64,000 nucleotides of DNA from the IMG/VR virus record IMGVR_UViG_3300037427_004270; one strand, given 5' to 3'. This document shows positions 38,050 through 46,391 of this stretch, in pieces (position 1 is the first letter of the stretch; every line of letters begins with the position of its first letter). The position numbers were made by a program, and so were the translations under genes. A model generated the notes under the pieces. The model was not told the origin of the DNA. It was given only the letters and a program-made list of their open reading frames with translations, and ran no database searches. The stretch is from a virus.

Positions 38050-38448
38050 CTATACCAACTTTCTCCAGTTAGGGTTTACAAAAGAACTAATGTCTACACC
38101 AGTATCACTCGGATCAACATCCGAAAGTGCATTTCCAGCGCCAGCCTGTGGGCTTCTCGCTGCAGGAGCAGGCGTTGTTCCCTCAAAAATATTAACACCA
38201 TTGAATCTCTCTGAGCCCATAGACTCTAACATCTTCTCCCTGACTTCTTTCATCTTCTTTTTTTCGACTCTAGGTAGAGCTTTTTGCTCTTTTATCTCTT
38301 TTGGCTCTTGTGTCTTTTCGCTGGGAGTTTCTATTCCTTCGGAAATCTGCTGCACTACTTTTGTCAACAAACCCTCTTCTAGAAGCATCTCGCTTATACA
38401 CTCTTTAATAATTGGCTTTAAAACCTCTGTCAACTTCTTCTTATTCAT
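38050..38448 (-). CDS. Hypothetical head-region protein
   Basis: Start moved to MNKKKLTEVLKPIIKEC at 38448, overlapping the upstream stop; FEGTTP, DTGVDIS motifs. Confidence 0.7.
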   Translation of the reverse strand: MNKKKLTEVLKPIIKECISEMLLEEGLLTKVVQQISEGIETPSEKTQEPKEIKEQKALPRVEKKKMKEVREKMLESMGSERFNGVNIFEGTTPAPAARSPQAGAGNALSDVDPSDTGVDISSFVNPNWRKLV

Positions 38449-38710
38449 TGATCGCACCCATATCCCCAAGGCCGTCTTCTAGTTCTGGTGTTGGTTCTTC
38501 TTTTCTAGCTATTGACTTCAGGCCTCTATATAGGTCTTCGCATTCTTGTTCAGATGGTAAAACCGGAGGCTCTCTAAGTAGGCCCTGTGCTACGGTCGCG
38601 AGCATGCCTTTTACGCTATCTAAAGATGCGTCGTTTTCGGTAATTTCGGAAGAGAAGTTCTCTACCTCTTCTTTTATGATTTGTTTTAATCTGCCCTTAG
38701 TTATTTTCAT
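38441..38710 (-). CDS. Small acidic protein with an MKITKGRLKQIIKEE N-terminus (probable head-internal/core protein)
   Basis: Overlaps the protease stop codon; basic amphipathic start ending in I-K-E, then an acidic body. Confidence 0.65.
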   Translation of the reverse strand: MKITKGRLKQIIKEEVENFSSEITENDASLDSVKGMLATVAQGLLREPPVLPSEQECEDLYRGLKSIARKEEPTPELEDGLGDMGAINE

Positions 38711-39329
38711 TTCTGTGTCTCCATAAGATATTGTTTAAGCTTCTAAAAACATTGTCTTGTTTGTTATAAACGTTTGTCTCTTTCGATTCCTTCATCATCA
38801 TAAAAGCTCCTGGCGTTGATGGCTCGGAAACGAAGTCAAAGCAAATAAGTTGGAAGTCGTCTTGGACTTGTGAGATAGGGCCGTCTGGGGATTGTACCGT
38901 AGTGACAGAGCCCATTCCTCTCGATGAAATACCCATCTTACATTCAGCGGCAACGAGGGACTTTAAAATCTTTCCAGATGGTGTGTCAAGAACTTTTACC
39001 TTGCCCATAACGGCGTCGCCGTCCCACCAAACAGAAGTCACCATATGAGATACATTTGCGAGGTTTACAATGGATGAGTCTGGGTGGTCTAATTCTCCCA
39101 AAGCTCTATTATCCTCTACCACTCTTTGGTAGTTTTCCATTTCTCTTTTCAGAACTTCTTCTGAATATACACGGTTGTTTCCGTTCTTCACGTTACACTT
39201 TTGCATAATGCCGACCAAATACAGGGCACCATGCTCTTTCATGTCTCTCTTCTCTGCCTCGGTCAACATGTCAGCGCATGTGTTACCGTCGCAAAGTTCA
39301 TAATATTCTCGAAGTAAATACTTAGTCAT
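38697..39329 (-). CDS. gp21: Prohead core protease (T4 gp21-like)
   Basis: GIMQ....KNGNNRVY, ALGELDHP, NVSH, GISSRGMGS, FDFVSEPSTPGA. Confidence 0.93.
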   Translation of the reverse strand: MTKYLLREYYELCDGNTCADMLTEAEKRDMKEHGALYLVGIMQKCNVKNGNNRVYSEEVLKREMENYQRVVEDNRALGELDHPDSSIVNLANVSHMVTSVWWDGDAVMGKVKVLDTPSGKILKSLVAAECKMGISSRGMGSVTTVQSPDGPISQVQDDFQLICFDFVSEPSTPGAFMMMKESKETNVYNKQDNVFRSLNNILWRHRNENN

Positions 39330-39339
39330 ATCTTATCCT

Positions 39340-39366
39340 CTCAAAGACGGGCACGACCCGTCCGAG
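39340..39366 (-). promoter_or_regulatory. Hairpin just upstream of, and partly pairing with, the protease RBS
   Basis: mRNA CUC-GGACGGG-UCGUG-CCCGUCU-UU-GAG, then AGGA-UAAGAU-AUG. Confidence 0.5.
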
Positions 39367-39429
39367 TTAGCAGCCCTTTCTGCACCTACGAACTGGTTGT
39401 AACATCCATTTCTGGTTCCACATGTTCAT
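39367..39429 (-). CDS. Candidate 20-aa mini-ORF MNMWNQKWMLQPVRRCRKGC
   Basis: Read by hand; overlaps the 3' end of 39386-39706 in another frame; its TAA ends immediately before the hairpin. Confidence 0.35.
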   Translation of the reverse strand: MNMWNQKWMLQPVRRCRKGC

Positions 39430-39706
39430 GTCTTATACCCCAATCGCCAACAAGTTGGCTCAGAAAATAACTCGTCCCAGAGGATAAACAGCCTAATAAA
39501 AAAGCTGTTATGGCACCTCTGTCAAACATAAATAGTGAAGTGAAAGGGGAAAATGCCCACAAAAGAACGCCAACCCAGAAACCTAAACACATTGGACAGT
39601 GAAAGAATGAATTTTTTGGCCTAACCTTGTTAAATACTCGACCATAAGCCAGGATCATCGTCAAGCCATAGGCTGACAACACAAAGTACAATAATTCATC
39701 GAACAC
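39386..39706 (-). CDS. Small membrane protein with a CPMC.GFW motif (DUF1360-like)
   Basis: Three hydrophobic segments; FFHCPMCLGFWVG; GTG start overlapping the upstream TAG. Confidence 0.6.
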   Translation of the reverse strand: MFDELLYFVLSAYGLTMILAYGRVFNKVRPKNSFFHCPMCLGFWVGVLLWAFSPFTSLFMFDRGAITAFLLGCLSSGTSYFLSQLVGDWGIRHEHVEPEMDVTTSS

Positions 39707-40254
39707 TAATAGTATCCTCTGATATACCTTCTTGATCTACTCGGCTCGATAGAACCTTTCTTCTCTCCGTGTTTTACATCGCCTAGCTCTGTAGAATCTT
39801 CAGCGTCGGGTGATGTCATCTTGTCTATTTCCTGATTTCTGTAGCTCTGGTCGTAAGCGAAATATGGTTGCTCTTCTTCCATGAATTTAGCAACAGATAA
39901 CATAGCAAAGTTTTCAGCGGCATAATTTTCAATGTTCGACTCCGGGTATGTCGCTTCCATTGAGCCATACACATTTCCGCCTTGGACGCTCTCTGGAATT
40001 ACTACGCCATGCCTAAAAAGATAGTCGAACATTCTAGACTGTGCAGCATACACGCTATCGTTGAGAGACTCTTTAGCAAATGCAACGATCTTCTTTTTCT
40101 CTGGCATGATAACAATGTCCATATCAATGTGGTCAAATATCATGACATTTCCGTCGATGCTTCTTCGGGCCTTCAATTTAAAAGTTAGACCCTCGTCCGT
40201 ATTCTGCACTCTTGAGTTTTGTCCGTCTTTGTCGAATTTTACTTTAATTGGCAT
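39706..40254 (-). CDS. Hypothetical protein
   Basis: Likely start MPIKVKF at 40254, overlapping the upstream stop; LKARRSIDGNVMIFDH.D.DIV, VQGGNVYGSME. Confidence 0.7.
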   Translation of the reverse strand: MPIKVKFDKDGQNSRVQNTDEGLTFKLKARRSIDGNVMIFDHIDMDIVIMPEKKKIVAFAKESLNDSVYAAQSRMFDYLFRHGVVIPESVQGGNVYGSMEATYPESNIENYAAENFAMLSVAKFMEEEQPYFAYDQSYRNQEIDKMTSPDAEDSTELGDVKHGEKKGSIEPSRSRRYIRGYY

Positions 40255-41062
40255 TTTGCTTCTCACTTAGCATCTCTTGGACTTCTAAGATCGTCATCAA
40301 TGCTTTTTCGTCAATTTCTTTCTTTTTGTAGCTCTCTAGGATATCTACGACGTCGGACATCATCTTCGATACTTTCTCGTCGAGTGAACTCTTGCTTCTC
40401 TCAACTAGGGAACTTTTCAAGTTTGCCAACTCCTCGTTCAAGTGAATTTTGAACTCTAGGCCGTTGTCGATAAATGAAAGGATATACTTGCTCAATAGCT
40501 CTTTCTGTTCTTCAAGCAAATTTTCTGAATATTTCTGATTGAACTTCTTTACAAATAAGTTAAAGGAAAGCTCGTCAATATGCTTCATCTTGTTTGGGTC
40601 TTCTTGACTCTTTGCGGTCATGCCTTCAATAAGAACTTTCTTTACCTTATACTTCTCTTGTGCTGCAGCTTTGTCACTAAACATAGTTGAAACGCTAGCA
40701 AGGCTCTTATAAGACGGTACGAAATTTCCGTAAAAGCTTCTATCCAAATTCTTGTTGATGAAGTTTATTAAACTCGTCTTTTGTTCGAAAAGCTTTTCCT
40801 TGTTCAAGGCAGAGTGCGCTCTGCAGTTTTCTTCAATAATGAAGTCTGCTTCGTCGCTTTCAATCTCTTTAGCGTCCAATACGCTCTTGTATAGGCTTAA
40901 CTCCTTGTGGAGTTCTGTGCCTGTTTTAAAGTGTTCCTGCAAGGCTCTTTTGATAGTATCTCTTTTGTCGAGGTCTTTGCTTATCATAGCATTGGTCATC
41001 TCGACTACAAGTGATTCGTACAAAAAGCCAGTATTTCTTTTCTTATTATGCTTCTTGCTCAT
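40244..41062 (-). CDS. Hypothetical helical protein downstream of the portal
   Basis: KHNKKRNTGFLYESL start; all-helical; overlaps the portal stop. Confidence 0.75.
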   Translation of the reverse strand: MSKKHNKKRNTGFLYESLVVEMTNAMISKDLDKRDTIKRALQEHFKTGTELHKELSLYKSVLDAKEIESDEADFIIEENCRAHSALNKEKLFEQKTSLINFINKNLDRSFYGNFVPSYKSLASVSTMFSDKAAAQEKYKVKKVLIEGMTAKSQEDPNKMKHIDELSFNLFVKKFNQKYSENLLEEQKELLSKYILSFIDNGLEFKIHLNEELANLKSSLVERSKSSLDEKVSKMMSDVVDILESYKKKEIDEKALMTILEVQEMLSEKQNAN

Positions 41063-43019
41063 CTTTGTTTATCTCCATCAAGCTGGAAATCAGTGACTTG
41101 ACTTCCTTCGCAGAACCAAAAAGTACCTGCTCTTGTTTGTTATAAGTAGTTTCTTTTCCCTCTGGAAGACCTATGGCCGCACGATCTAATCCAATTTTAC
41201 CGGGGAACACATTTCTTTTTGAACTAGAAGCTAGCTCTCCCGATGCTCTTGCTTTCAGAGACTTTTGTCTTGCAGCGTTTACTTTTCCATTCGGGTTGCT
41301 TCGGTATGTCTTGCCTTTCCAGCCTGGCCTTGTGTACTTCTGGCCTGGTACAATACCGTCTGTGTTCTGCTCTGTTTCTGCAACTGGCTCATCTCCACCA
41401 AGATCCGCATCTGGGGCTGGGGCGTCTGGGCTTGTAATAAGCATACTGTCGTCTTCAGGTGGTGTGTCTGTACCGGCTGTGTCGCCAGTAAGATCATCTA
41501 AGTCTGGGCCTGCATCACCACCAAGATCATCGTCTCCCTCAAAGCCGCCGCCGCCAGCTTGAAATCCTTCTGATGGTTCTCCTTCGGCCACTGCAGCAAG
41601 AGCCGCTTCGAACTTCTTATCGTGAAATGTCTCTCTCTGAAGTCTAATAATCTCATCATCGGTAAGGCCAAACAACTTAGTTGCAATCCAGCGTTTACTA
41701 AAAAGTCCCTCTCCTGCCTGTGCAGCAACATCAAACTTTGTTCTCCAGTGTTCCAGTTCTTGCAGTTCAGCGATCTTGGAAGGGTTGTTTAGTGATAAAG
41801 TAAAATTCAACAAGTCTTCCCCTCGGAAGCCGAGCGTAAACAAGTGAATAATTCCTATCTTCTCAAGTTCAGAAACAACAGAACGCTGAAGTCTCTGGAT
41901 GGTTCTCGCAAAGCGAACGTCTTTTTGTGCCAACGTTGTTTTATCTTCTCCTGAGTTTTCATCTCTAGAGAGGTAAGACTGTGGGATCTTCAATGCTGAG
42001 AATAGTTTATCTCTCAGGTACTTAACATCATCAATGTCTCCCGTAAAAGTTCCTCCTGGCAATGATTCAATCTTTGAGGTTGAGTCTCCTCTAGTTGGCA
42101 GAAAGTAATCTTCCTCGACAGACAATGGGTTGTATCGCAAGTCAACCCTGCCAGTGGTGGTATCAACAACTTGGTTCCGCTTCATGGATGTGATGACTTT
42201 TTGCATATACTGTTCCACATCTTGAGGAGCAATGTTTCCGACATCAATATAAAACACACGGCGTTCTGGTGAACGGACGATGCGATATGCCATCATAGCG
42301 TCTTCTAATAAAGTTAACTGTCTCCAAATTCTTCTAGCTGGTTCTAGTACGGATGTGCCGTATGGAGAATACTTATCGTTTCCAAGAATGCGGAAGTGGG
42401 CAACCTGCCAGTTTTCGAAAGTTAAGCCGCCAGAGTTCCACTGAAATTGTACATAGTTGGGGTTTGTTGGGTCTTCTCCTTCTAGTCTCTCTACTTCATG
42501 AGAAGGTAAGCCCACACAACTTTTTACACCCTCTACTTCATCAATGTCCAAGTAAAGAAAATAATCTCCGTACTTACACATGCTTCGGCACCAACCAAAC
42601 AAGTTAAATTCCACATTCATAATATTGTGATATAAGTTTTTAAGCAAACTGCGTATCTCTTCGTTCTCACAATTTACCCGAAGCATATCCTCAAGAGTGG
42701 TATGCGTCGTCATCTCGTCTGCATAGATGTCCATCGCGGAGGCAATCTCCGGCACATATTCCATCTGATCGAAGTCTGAATATCTTTCTGCTCTATTCTG
42801 GTTCGAGAAAGATTCTTGGTTGTACTTTAGAAGAGGGTTTTCAATGCTCTTCTTGAATGTCATGCCTTGGGCCGAGCGAAACTTGTATTTGTCTAAGTCT
42901 CTTCTTCTTTGTTGCCGATATGTCTGGGCTCTTCTACCCGTAACTGGACCTGATAAAAGTCTGGTCAGCTTTTTAAATAATGATGATTGTGCGTTTCTAG
43001 GGTTGTTATTGTTGGGCAT
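41046..43019 (-). CDS. gp20: Portal protein (T4 gp20-like) with an extended acidic C-terminus
   Basis: RYSDFDQM...EIASAMDIYADE, PYGTSVLEPARRIWRQL, RSPERRVFYIDVGN, EEDYFLP.RG, LFSALKIP. Confidence 0.95.
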   Translation of the reverse strand: MPNNNNPRNAQSSLFKKLTRLLSGPVTGRRAQTYRQQRRRDLDKYKFRSAQGMTFKKSIENPLLKYNQESFSNQNRAERYSDFDQMEYVPEIASAMDIYADEMTTHTTLEDMLRVNCENEEIRSLLKNLYHNIMNVEFNLFGWCRSMCKYGDYFLYLDIDEVEGVKSCVGLPSHEVERLEGEDPTNPNYVQFQWNSGGLTFENWQVAHFRILGNDKYSPYGTSVLEPARRIWRQLTLLEDAMMAYRIVRSPERRVFYIDVGNIAPQDVEQYMQKVITSMKRNQVVDTTTGRVDLRYNPLSVEEDYFLPTRGDSTSKIESLPGGTFTGDIDDVKYLRDKLFSALKIPQSYLSRDENSGEDKTTLAQKDVRFARTIQRLQRSVVSELEKIGIIHLFTLGFRGEDLLNFTLSLNNPSKIAELQELEHWRTKFDVAAQAGEGLFSKRWIATKLFGLTDDEIIRLQRETFHDKKFEAALAAVAEGEPSEGFQAGGGGFEGDDDLGGDAGPDLDDLTGDTAGTDTPPEDDSMLITSPDAPAPDADLGGDEPVAETEQNTDGIVPGQKYTRPGWKGKTYRSNPNGKVNAARQKSLKARASGELASSSKRNVFPGKIGLDRAAIGLPEGKETTYNKQEQVLFGSAKEVKSLISSLMEINKDEQEA

Positions 43020-43022
43020 GCT

Positions 43023-44615
43023 CTATCCTTTAATAAGCCAAGAGAATTCTCTGTAGTTGTCTTGTTCGGTTTTGCGTCGTAAGTTCTTCTCGTGGTCTAG
43101 CTTACTATTATAACCTATTTGTCCTGGAATTTTAGTGTTCATTTTTGTATTTGACATAATCATTGCGTCCAAACAGGCTCTATTGTATTCCTCTGCTCTC
43201 TTGTTGGCCACCAGTGCGGTGTCCCTTACCCAGCAGGCAATTGCCAAAGACATAACAAGGTCATCATTATATCCCCTCATGGCTTGAGGTCTTCCATTTT
43301 GCCAAACAAAAGTCCTAATTTCGTCCACCAGGCGGTTGGAGCTAACATTAAGTAGTTTATTGCGAATGAATTCTTCTAACTTTGCGATGATAAGTGGGCG
43401 AGTTTTCATTGATGTAGTGAACCCAGGTACAGCATTTGACTTATTTTCTCCCATCAAGGGATCAATGTACTCGTGACTGCCCTTGAGGGAGTAATACAAA
43501 TTACTATAGCTCATCTCTATAAGCTTCTCTAGGACGTTAAAACCAATGTTATTGTTCTCGACGACAAGCATGGCTCCGCCATACTCATTCCCGGTGGTGT
43601 ACAGTAACTGAGAAAACATCTCTAGGTTTGGCTTTCCTTTATATTCTGCAACTACCTCCATGTTGTCCACGTCGATCACATGAAAGACGGAGAAATCTTT
43701 GCCATCGCCACGGGCGACATCGGCTACGACAAGGTATTTTGAGCTGTTGTTTCTTTCTTTCCATATCCACAAATTGCGGTCAAAGCCAGTCCTGTGCTTC
43801 GGCTCTGTAACTTTTTGCTCTATTCTCTCTATATCATCTGGGTGTATAACTGTTTCTCCCGATGCGAGAAAAGAACATTCCAATTCCTGAGCTATGTCTC
43901 TCCGTGGCATGTTTCTGGTTTCTTTCTTAAACCATCCTGCATCTCTATCCGGATGCTCATCCCATTTTAACTTTGTCGGAAAGAAGTCGTTGTTCTTGTT
44001 TTCTGAATCTGTGTATGTTTTGTGGAACCAGTTTCCCACACCATTTGGTGTTGATAGGGCGATGCAGCGACCACCAGTAGAGAGAGTAGGATAAAGACCC
44101 ATCCAGAGCTCCTCTAAGCCCTCCACATGGGCGGCCTCGTCAATAACGAGCAGAGACAAGGCTTCCGAACGTCCGGCGTCTCCGGAGGTCGAGGAGGCCT
44201 TTATTTGGGAACCGTTTGCAAGTTCAAAAGACTGCCTGTTATCTATCTCTATTTTTGCAGTAACAAGCCACTCTGGTAAGTTCTTGATAATGTTCTTGAC
44301 TTTTTTAACCAGATTGACTGCAGTTGATAATTTTGTAGCGATAATGAGAACATTCTTCTCCTTATGGAAAAGCATGAGCCACGCGACATATGCTGCAGTT
44401 ACTGTCGAAATACCCAACTGTCGTGCTTTGAGAATAACGTTGAAGCGATAGTCATCAAAGTCTTGCAAAAGCTGGGTCTGAAAGTCATAAGTCTTGAAAA
44501 GAAGTTGACCTTTCATTGGGTGTGTTATTTTTGCGTAGTTGTTCGTAAAGTATACAGGATCTCTCCCGCACTTCACAATCTCTTTCATTAGAGATTTCTT
44601 ATCTAGTGAAACCAT
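43023..44615 (-). CDS. gp17: Terminase large subunit (T4 gp17-like)
   Basis: ILKARQLGIST (Walker A), LLVIDEAAH (Walker B), LSTPNG, nuclease ADVARGDG.D and GYNDDLVM. Confidence 0.95.
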   Translation of the reverse strand: MVSLDKKSLMKEIVKCGRDPVYFTNNYAKITHPMKGQLLFKTYDFQTQLLQDFDDYRFNVILKARQLGISTVTAAYVAWLMLFHKEKNVLIIATKLSTAVNLVKKVKNIIKNLPEWLVTAKIEIDNRQSFELANGSQIKASSTSGDAGRSEALSLLVIDEAAHVEGLEELWMGLYPTLSTGGRCIALSTPNGVGNWFHKTYTDSENKNNDFFPTKLKWDEHPDRDAGWFKKETRNMPRRDIAQELECSFLASGETVIHPDDIERIEQKVTEPKHRTGFDRNLWIWKERNNSSKYLVVADVARGDGKDFSVFHVIDVDNMEVVAEYKGKPNLEMFSQLLYTTGNEYGGAMLVVENNNIGFNVLEKLIEMSYSNLYYSLKGSHEYIDPLMGENKSNAVPGFTTSMKTRPLIIAKLEEFIRNKLLNVSSNRLVDEIRTFVWQNGRPQAMRGYNDDLVMSLAIACWVRDTALVANKRAEEYNRACLDAMIMSNTKMNTKIPGQIGYNSKLDHEKNLRRKTEQDNYREFSWLIKG

Positions 44616-44622
44616 AAAAGTC

Positions 44623-44817
44623 CTATCTTTTGGCTTTGCGACTCTCTCTTACTTCCAAAACCAAACCACGAAGGCCTTTAAGTAGCTTAGATGCGTCTAG
44701 ACACTTCTTCCGAAGGCGTACTCCCGCTGCACCTACGCCACGATCAAATTTCTCGGCGTCTTTTTGTGCACCCTGCAAGAGTTCTACAATTTCATTCAAT
44801 TCATCAAGTGTCAACAT
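44623..44817 (-). CDS. Histone H1-like protein, Hc1 family core
   Basis: DAEKFDRGVGAAGVRLRK...DASKLLKGLR..V.E.R matches the Hc1 core pattern (D..KF..GN.AAG.R.RK....K..K..R). Confidence 0.65.
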   Translation of the reverse strand: MLTLDELNEIVELLQGAQKDAEKFDRGVGAAGVRLRKKCLDASKLLKGLRGLVLEVRESRKAKR

Positions 44818-45202
44818 CTTTAGTTACCCCATTAGGACGCCAGCCATCAAGCCATCTTTCTTCCCTGTCTTCGACATATTGTATATAACATTCTTGACAA
44901 CAAGAATATTTATTCAAAAACAGATTGTCGCCCTTAGAGAGCGAAAAACAGCCGCATGCCTCGCATTTCCTGCTTTGTCTATTAATAAATAGATTTGAGG
45001 ATACAAAAAACCCTTCATGCTTTTCCTTAACTTCTTTATCTTTTCTTGTTTTTTCTCTTTGGTAAACTTTTTTCATTTGCTCAAGGTACTGAGCCTCTTT
45101 TTTGGCATCCCAACCTGCTTTTGGGTTGGTCACAGATTCTTCCCCATACTTCTCTGAAATTGCTTTTTCGTAGTGGGCTATGTCAACGTCTTTCTTATTC
45201 AT
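44804..45202 (-). CDS. Hypothetical protein with a Cys cluster (possible Zn-binding)
   Basis: CEACG...CCQEC; EKAISEKYGEE...NPK..W; ends WLDGWRP. Confidence 0.7.
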   Translation of the reverse strand: MNKKDVDIAHYEKAISEKYGEESVTNPKAGWDAKKEAQYLEQMKKVYQREKTRKDKEVKEKHEGFFVSSNLFINRQSRKCEACGCFSLSKGDNLFLNKYSCCQECYIQYVEDREERWLDGWRPNGVTKDVDT

Positions 45203-45359
45203 CTTGAGTTCCCTCTCTCTGGTTCTGTAGCAGAGACAAGTCTCCCCTTAAATCCGACAGTTGGTCCGATGCTGAGCTAAGTTGCCATTTCAAGCGATCA
45301 ATCAAGTTTTCTAGGCCGCTAATTCTTTTTTCCAAAATATCAATTTTGTCCTGAGTCAT
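45195..45359 (-). CDS. Small coiled-coil protein (54 aa; below the ORF-track cutoff)
   Basis: Read by hand: MTQDKIDILEKRISGLENLIDRLKWQLSSASDQLSDLRGDLSLLQNQREGTQDE; fills the gap exactly and overlaps both neighbours. Confidence 0.6.
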   Translation of the reverse strand: MTQDKIDILEKRISGLENLIDRLKWQLSSASDQLSDLRGDLSLLQNQREGTQDE

Positions 45360-45792
45360 TTGTTATTTGTACCGCCGCATAAAATATAGTAACAGAGAGG
45401 ATAATACCACTCAAAGTTCCAGTAACAAACCATACCGGACCCATTGCTGGTGGTTCCTTTTTTAACAGTTCGTTTAATCTAACTATCTCTTTCTCTTGCA
45501 AATCGACAAGTATCTTGTTTTGTTGAACATCTGTTCTCAAGATTGCCTCTGATGTCATTTTTTCAAGATTGCACTTGTTAATTTGTTTACTCTTCTCGTT
45601 TTCGATAAGCAGGTTGCATTTTGACTTTTCGAATTCCTTATCTGCTACGATCTTAGCGGCAGTTGTTGGGTCCATCAAAACGCCAGTAAATGGTGCAGGA
45701 TCATCTTTGTGAAGCGGCTCTACCCTCTTCTCTGTCGCATAAGATGACGAAGCTTGTAAAGCAAGCAATAGAATAACAGCAATAAACCTCAA
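45340..45792 (-). CDS. Exported protein with a signal peptide, coiled coil and C-terminal TM segment (spanin-like candidate)
   Basis: MRFIAVILLLALQASSSYA signal; WFVTGTLSGIILSVTIFYAAV TM segment. Confidence 0.6.
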   Translation of the reverse strand: MRFIAVILLLALQASSSYATEKRVEPLHKDDPAPFTGVLMDPTTAAKIVADKEFEKSKCNLLIENEKSKQINKCNLEKMTSEAILRTDVQQNKILVDLQEKEIVRLNELLKKEPPAMGPVWFVTGTLSGIILSVTIFYAAVQITNDSGQN

Positions 45793-46143
45793 CTAAAACC
45801 TCTCTTTTATCTTCCTAGCTAACTCATCTATATCTTCCTGAAGTTCTTCTTCGAGATTGTCCCTCTCGTTCTCAAGAGCCCTTATGTCTTTTCTTATAGA
45901 CTTTTGTCTCTCTTCTTCTTTTTCGAGTGTTGCAAGGGCGCTTCTGCTCACCTCTTCAATGGCGTCTTTGTTTGCTTTGTGAGACTCCTCAAGAGCTTTC
46001 TTATAATCTTCTCTCGTCTGCTGCATAGAACCAAGAAGGGCAGCTATCTTGGAGCGGTAAAAAAAAGCACATACCAGCAACAGAACAACTACTGCTGGTA
46101 TTTTCCAATGGTGCTTTAAAAATAAAATTACCCTGCCTAACAT
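45793..46143 (-). CDS. N-terminal TM plus coiled-coil protein (i-spanin-like candidate)
   Basis: Start moved to MLGRVILFLK at 46143 (TGATG overlap with the holin-like gene); IPAVVVLLLVCAFFY TM segment followed by a charged coiled coil. Confidence 0.55.
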   Translation of the reverse strand: MLGRVILFLKHHWKIPAVVVLLLVCAFFYRSKIAALLGSMQQTREDYKKALEESHKANKDAIEEVSRSALATLEKEEERQKSIRKDIRALENERDNLEEELQEDIDELARKIKERF

Positions 46144-46382
46144 CACGCGCTTTTCCAAGCAACGGCTAAGTCTACTGCTGCTTGGCCACCAATGTAAACA
46201 AGCGAAATAGCTACCCAGTCGGACGACTGTAGGCCGCCTGTGTACAGAAGGGCAGAGCCAGTAAGCCATACCAAAAGTTTTCTGGATGTTACTTTGCTAA
46301 TAATTTTATCAAGTGCTCCGCCTTTTGGCAGGGCTTTGTTCACCAACTTAGCGGGTGAGTCTGTCTTTTTTCTAGTTGCCAT
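46143..46382 (-). CDS. Holin-like small membrane protein
   Basis: 79 aa; basic N-terminus, SRKLLVW motif, two hydrophobic segments, GGAG RBS. Confidence 0.55.
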   Translation of the reverse strand: MATRKKTDSPAKLVNKALPKGGALDKIISKVTSRKLLVWLTGSALLYTGGLQSSDWVAISLVYIGGQAAVDLAVAWKSA

Positions 46383-46391
46383 ATTGTCTCC

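Noticed and set aside
583-44615. Stop-codon recoding (code 15 or 4), as in some jumbo phages
   Set aside because: Core genes are full length in code 11, and TAG (583, 14768, 43023) and TGA (5650, 1131) end genes right where the next gene or frame begins.
43023-44615. Intein or intron in terminase (also checked in portal, MCP and primase)
   Set aside because: Lengths and motif spacing are ordinary; no C-start/HN-end intein block or LAGLIDADG/HNH insert was seen.
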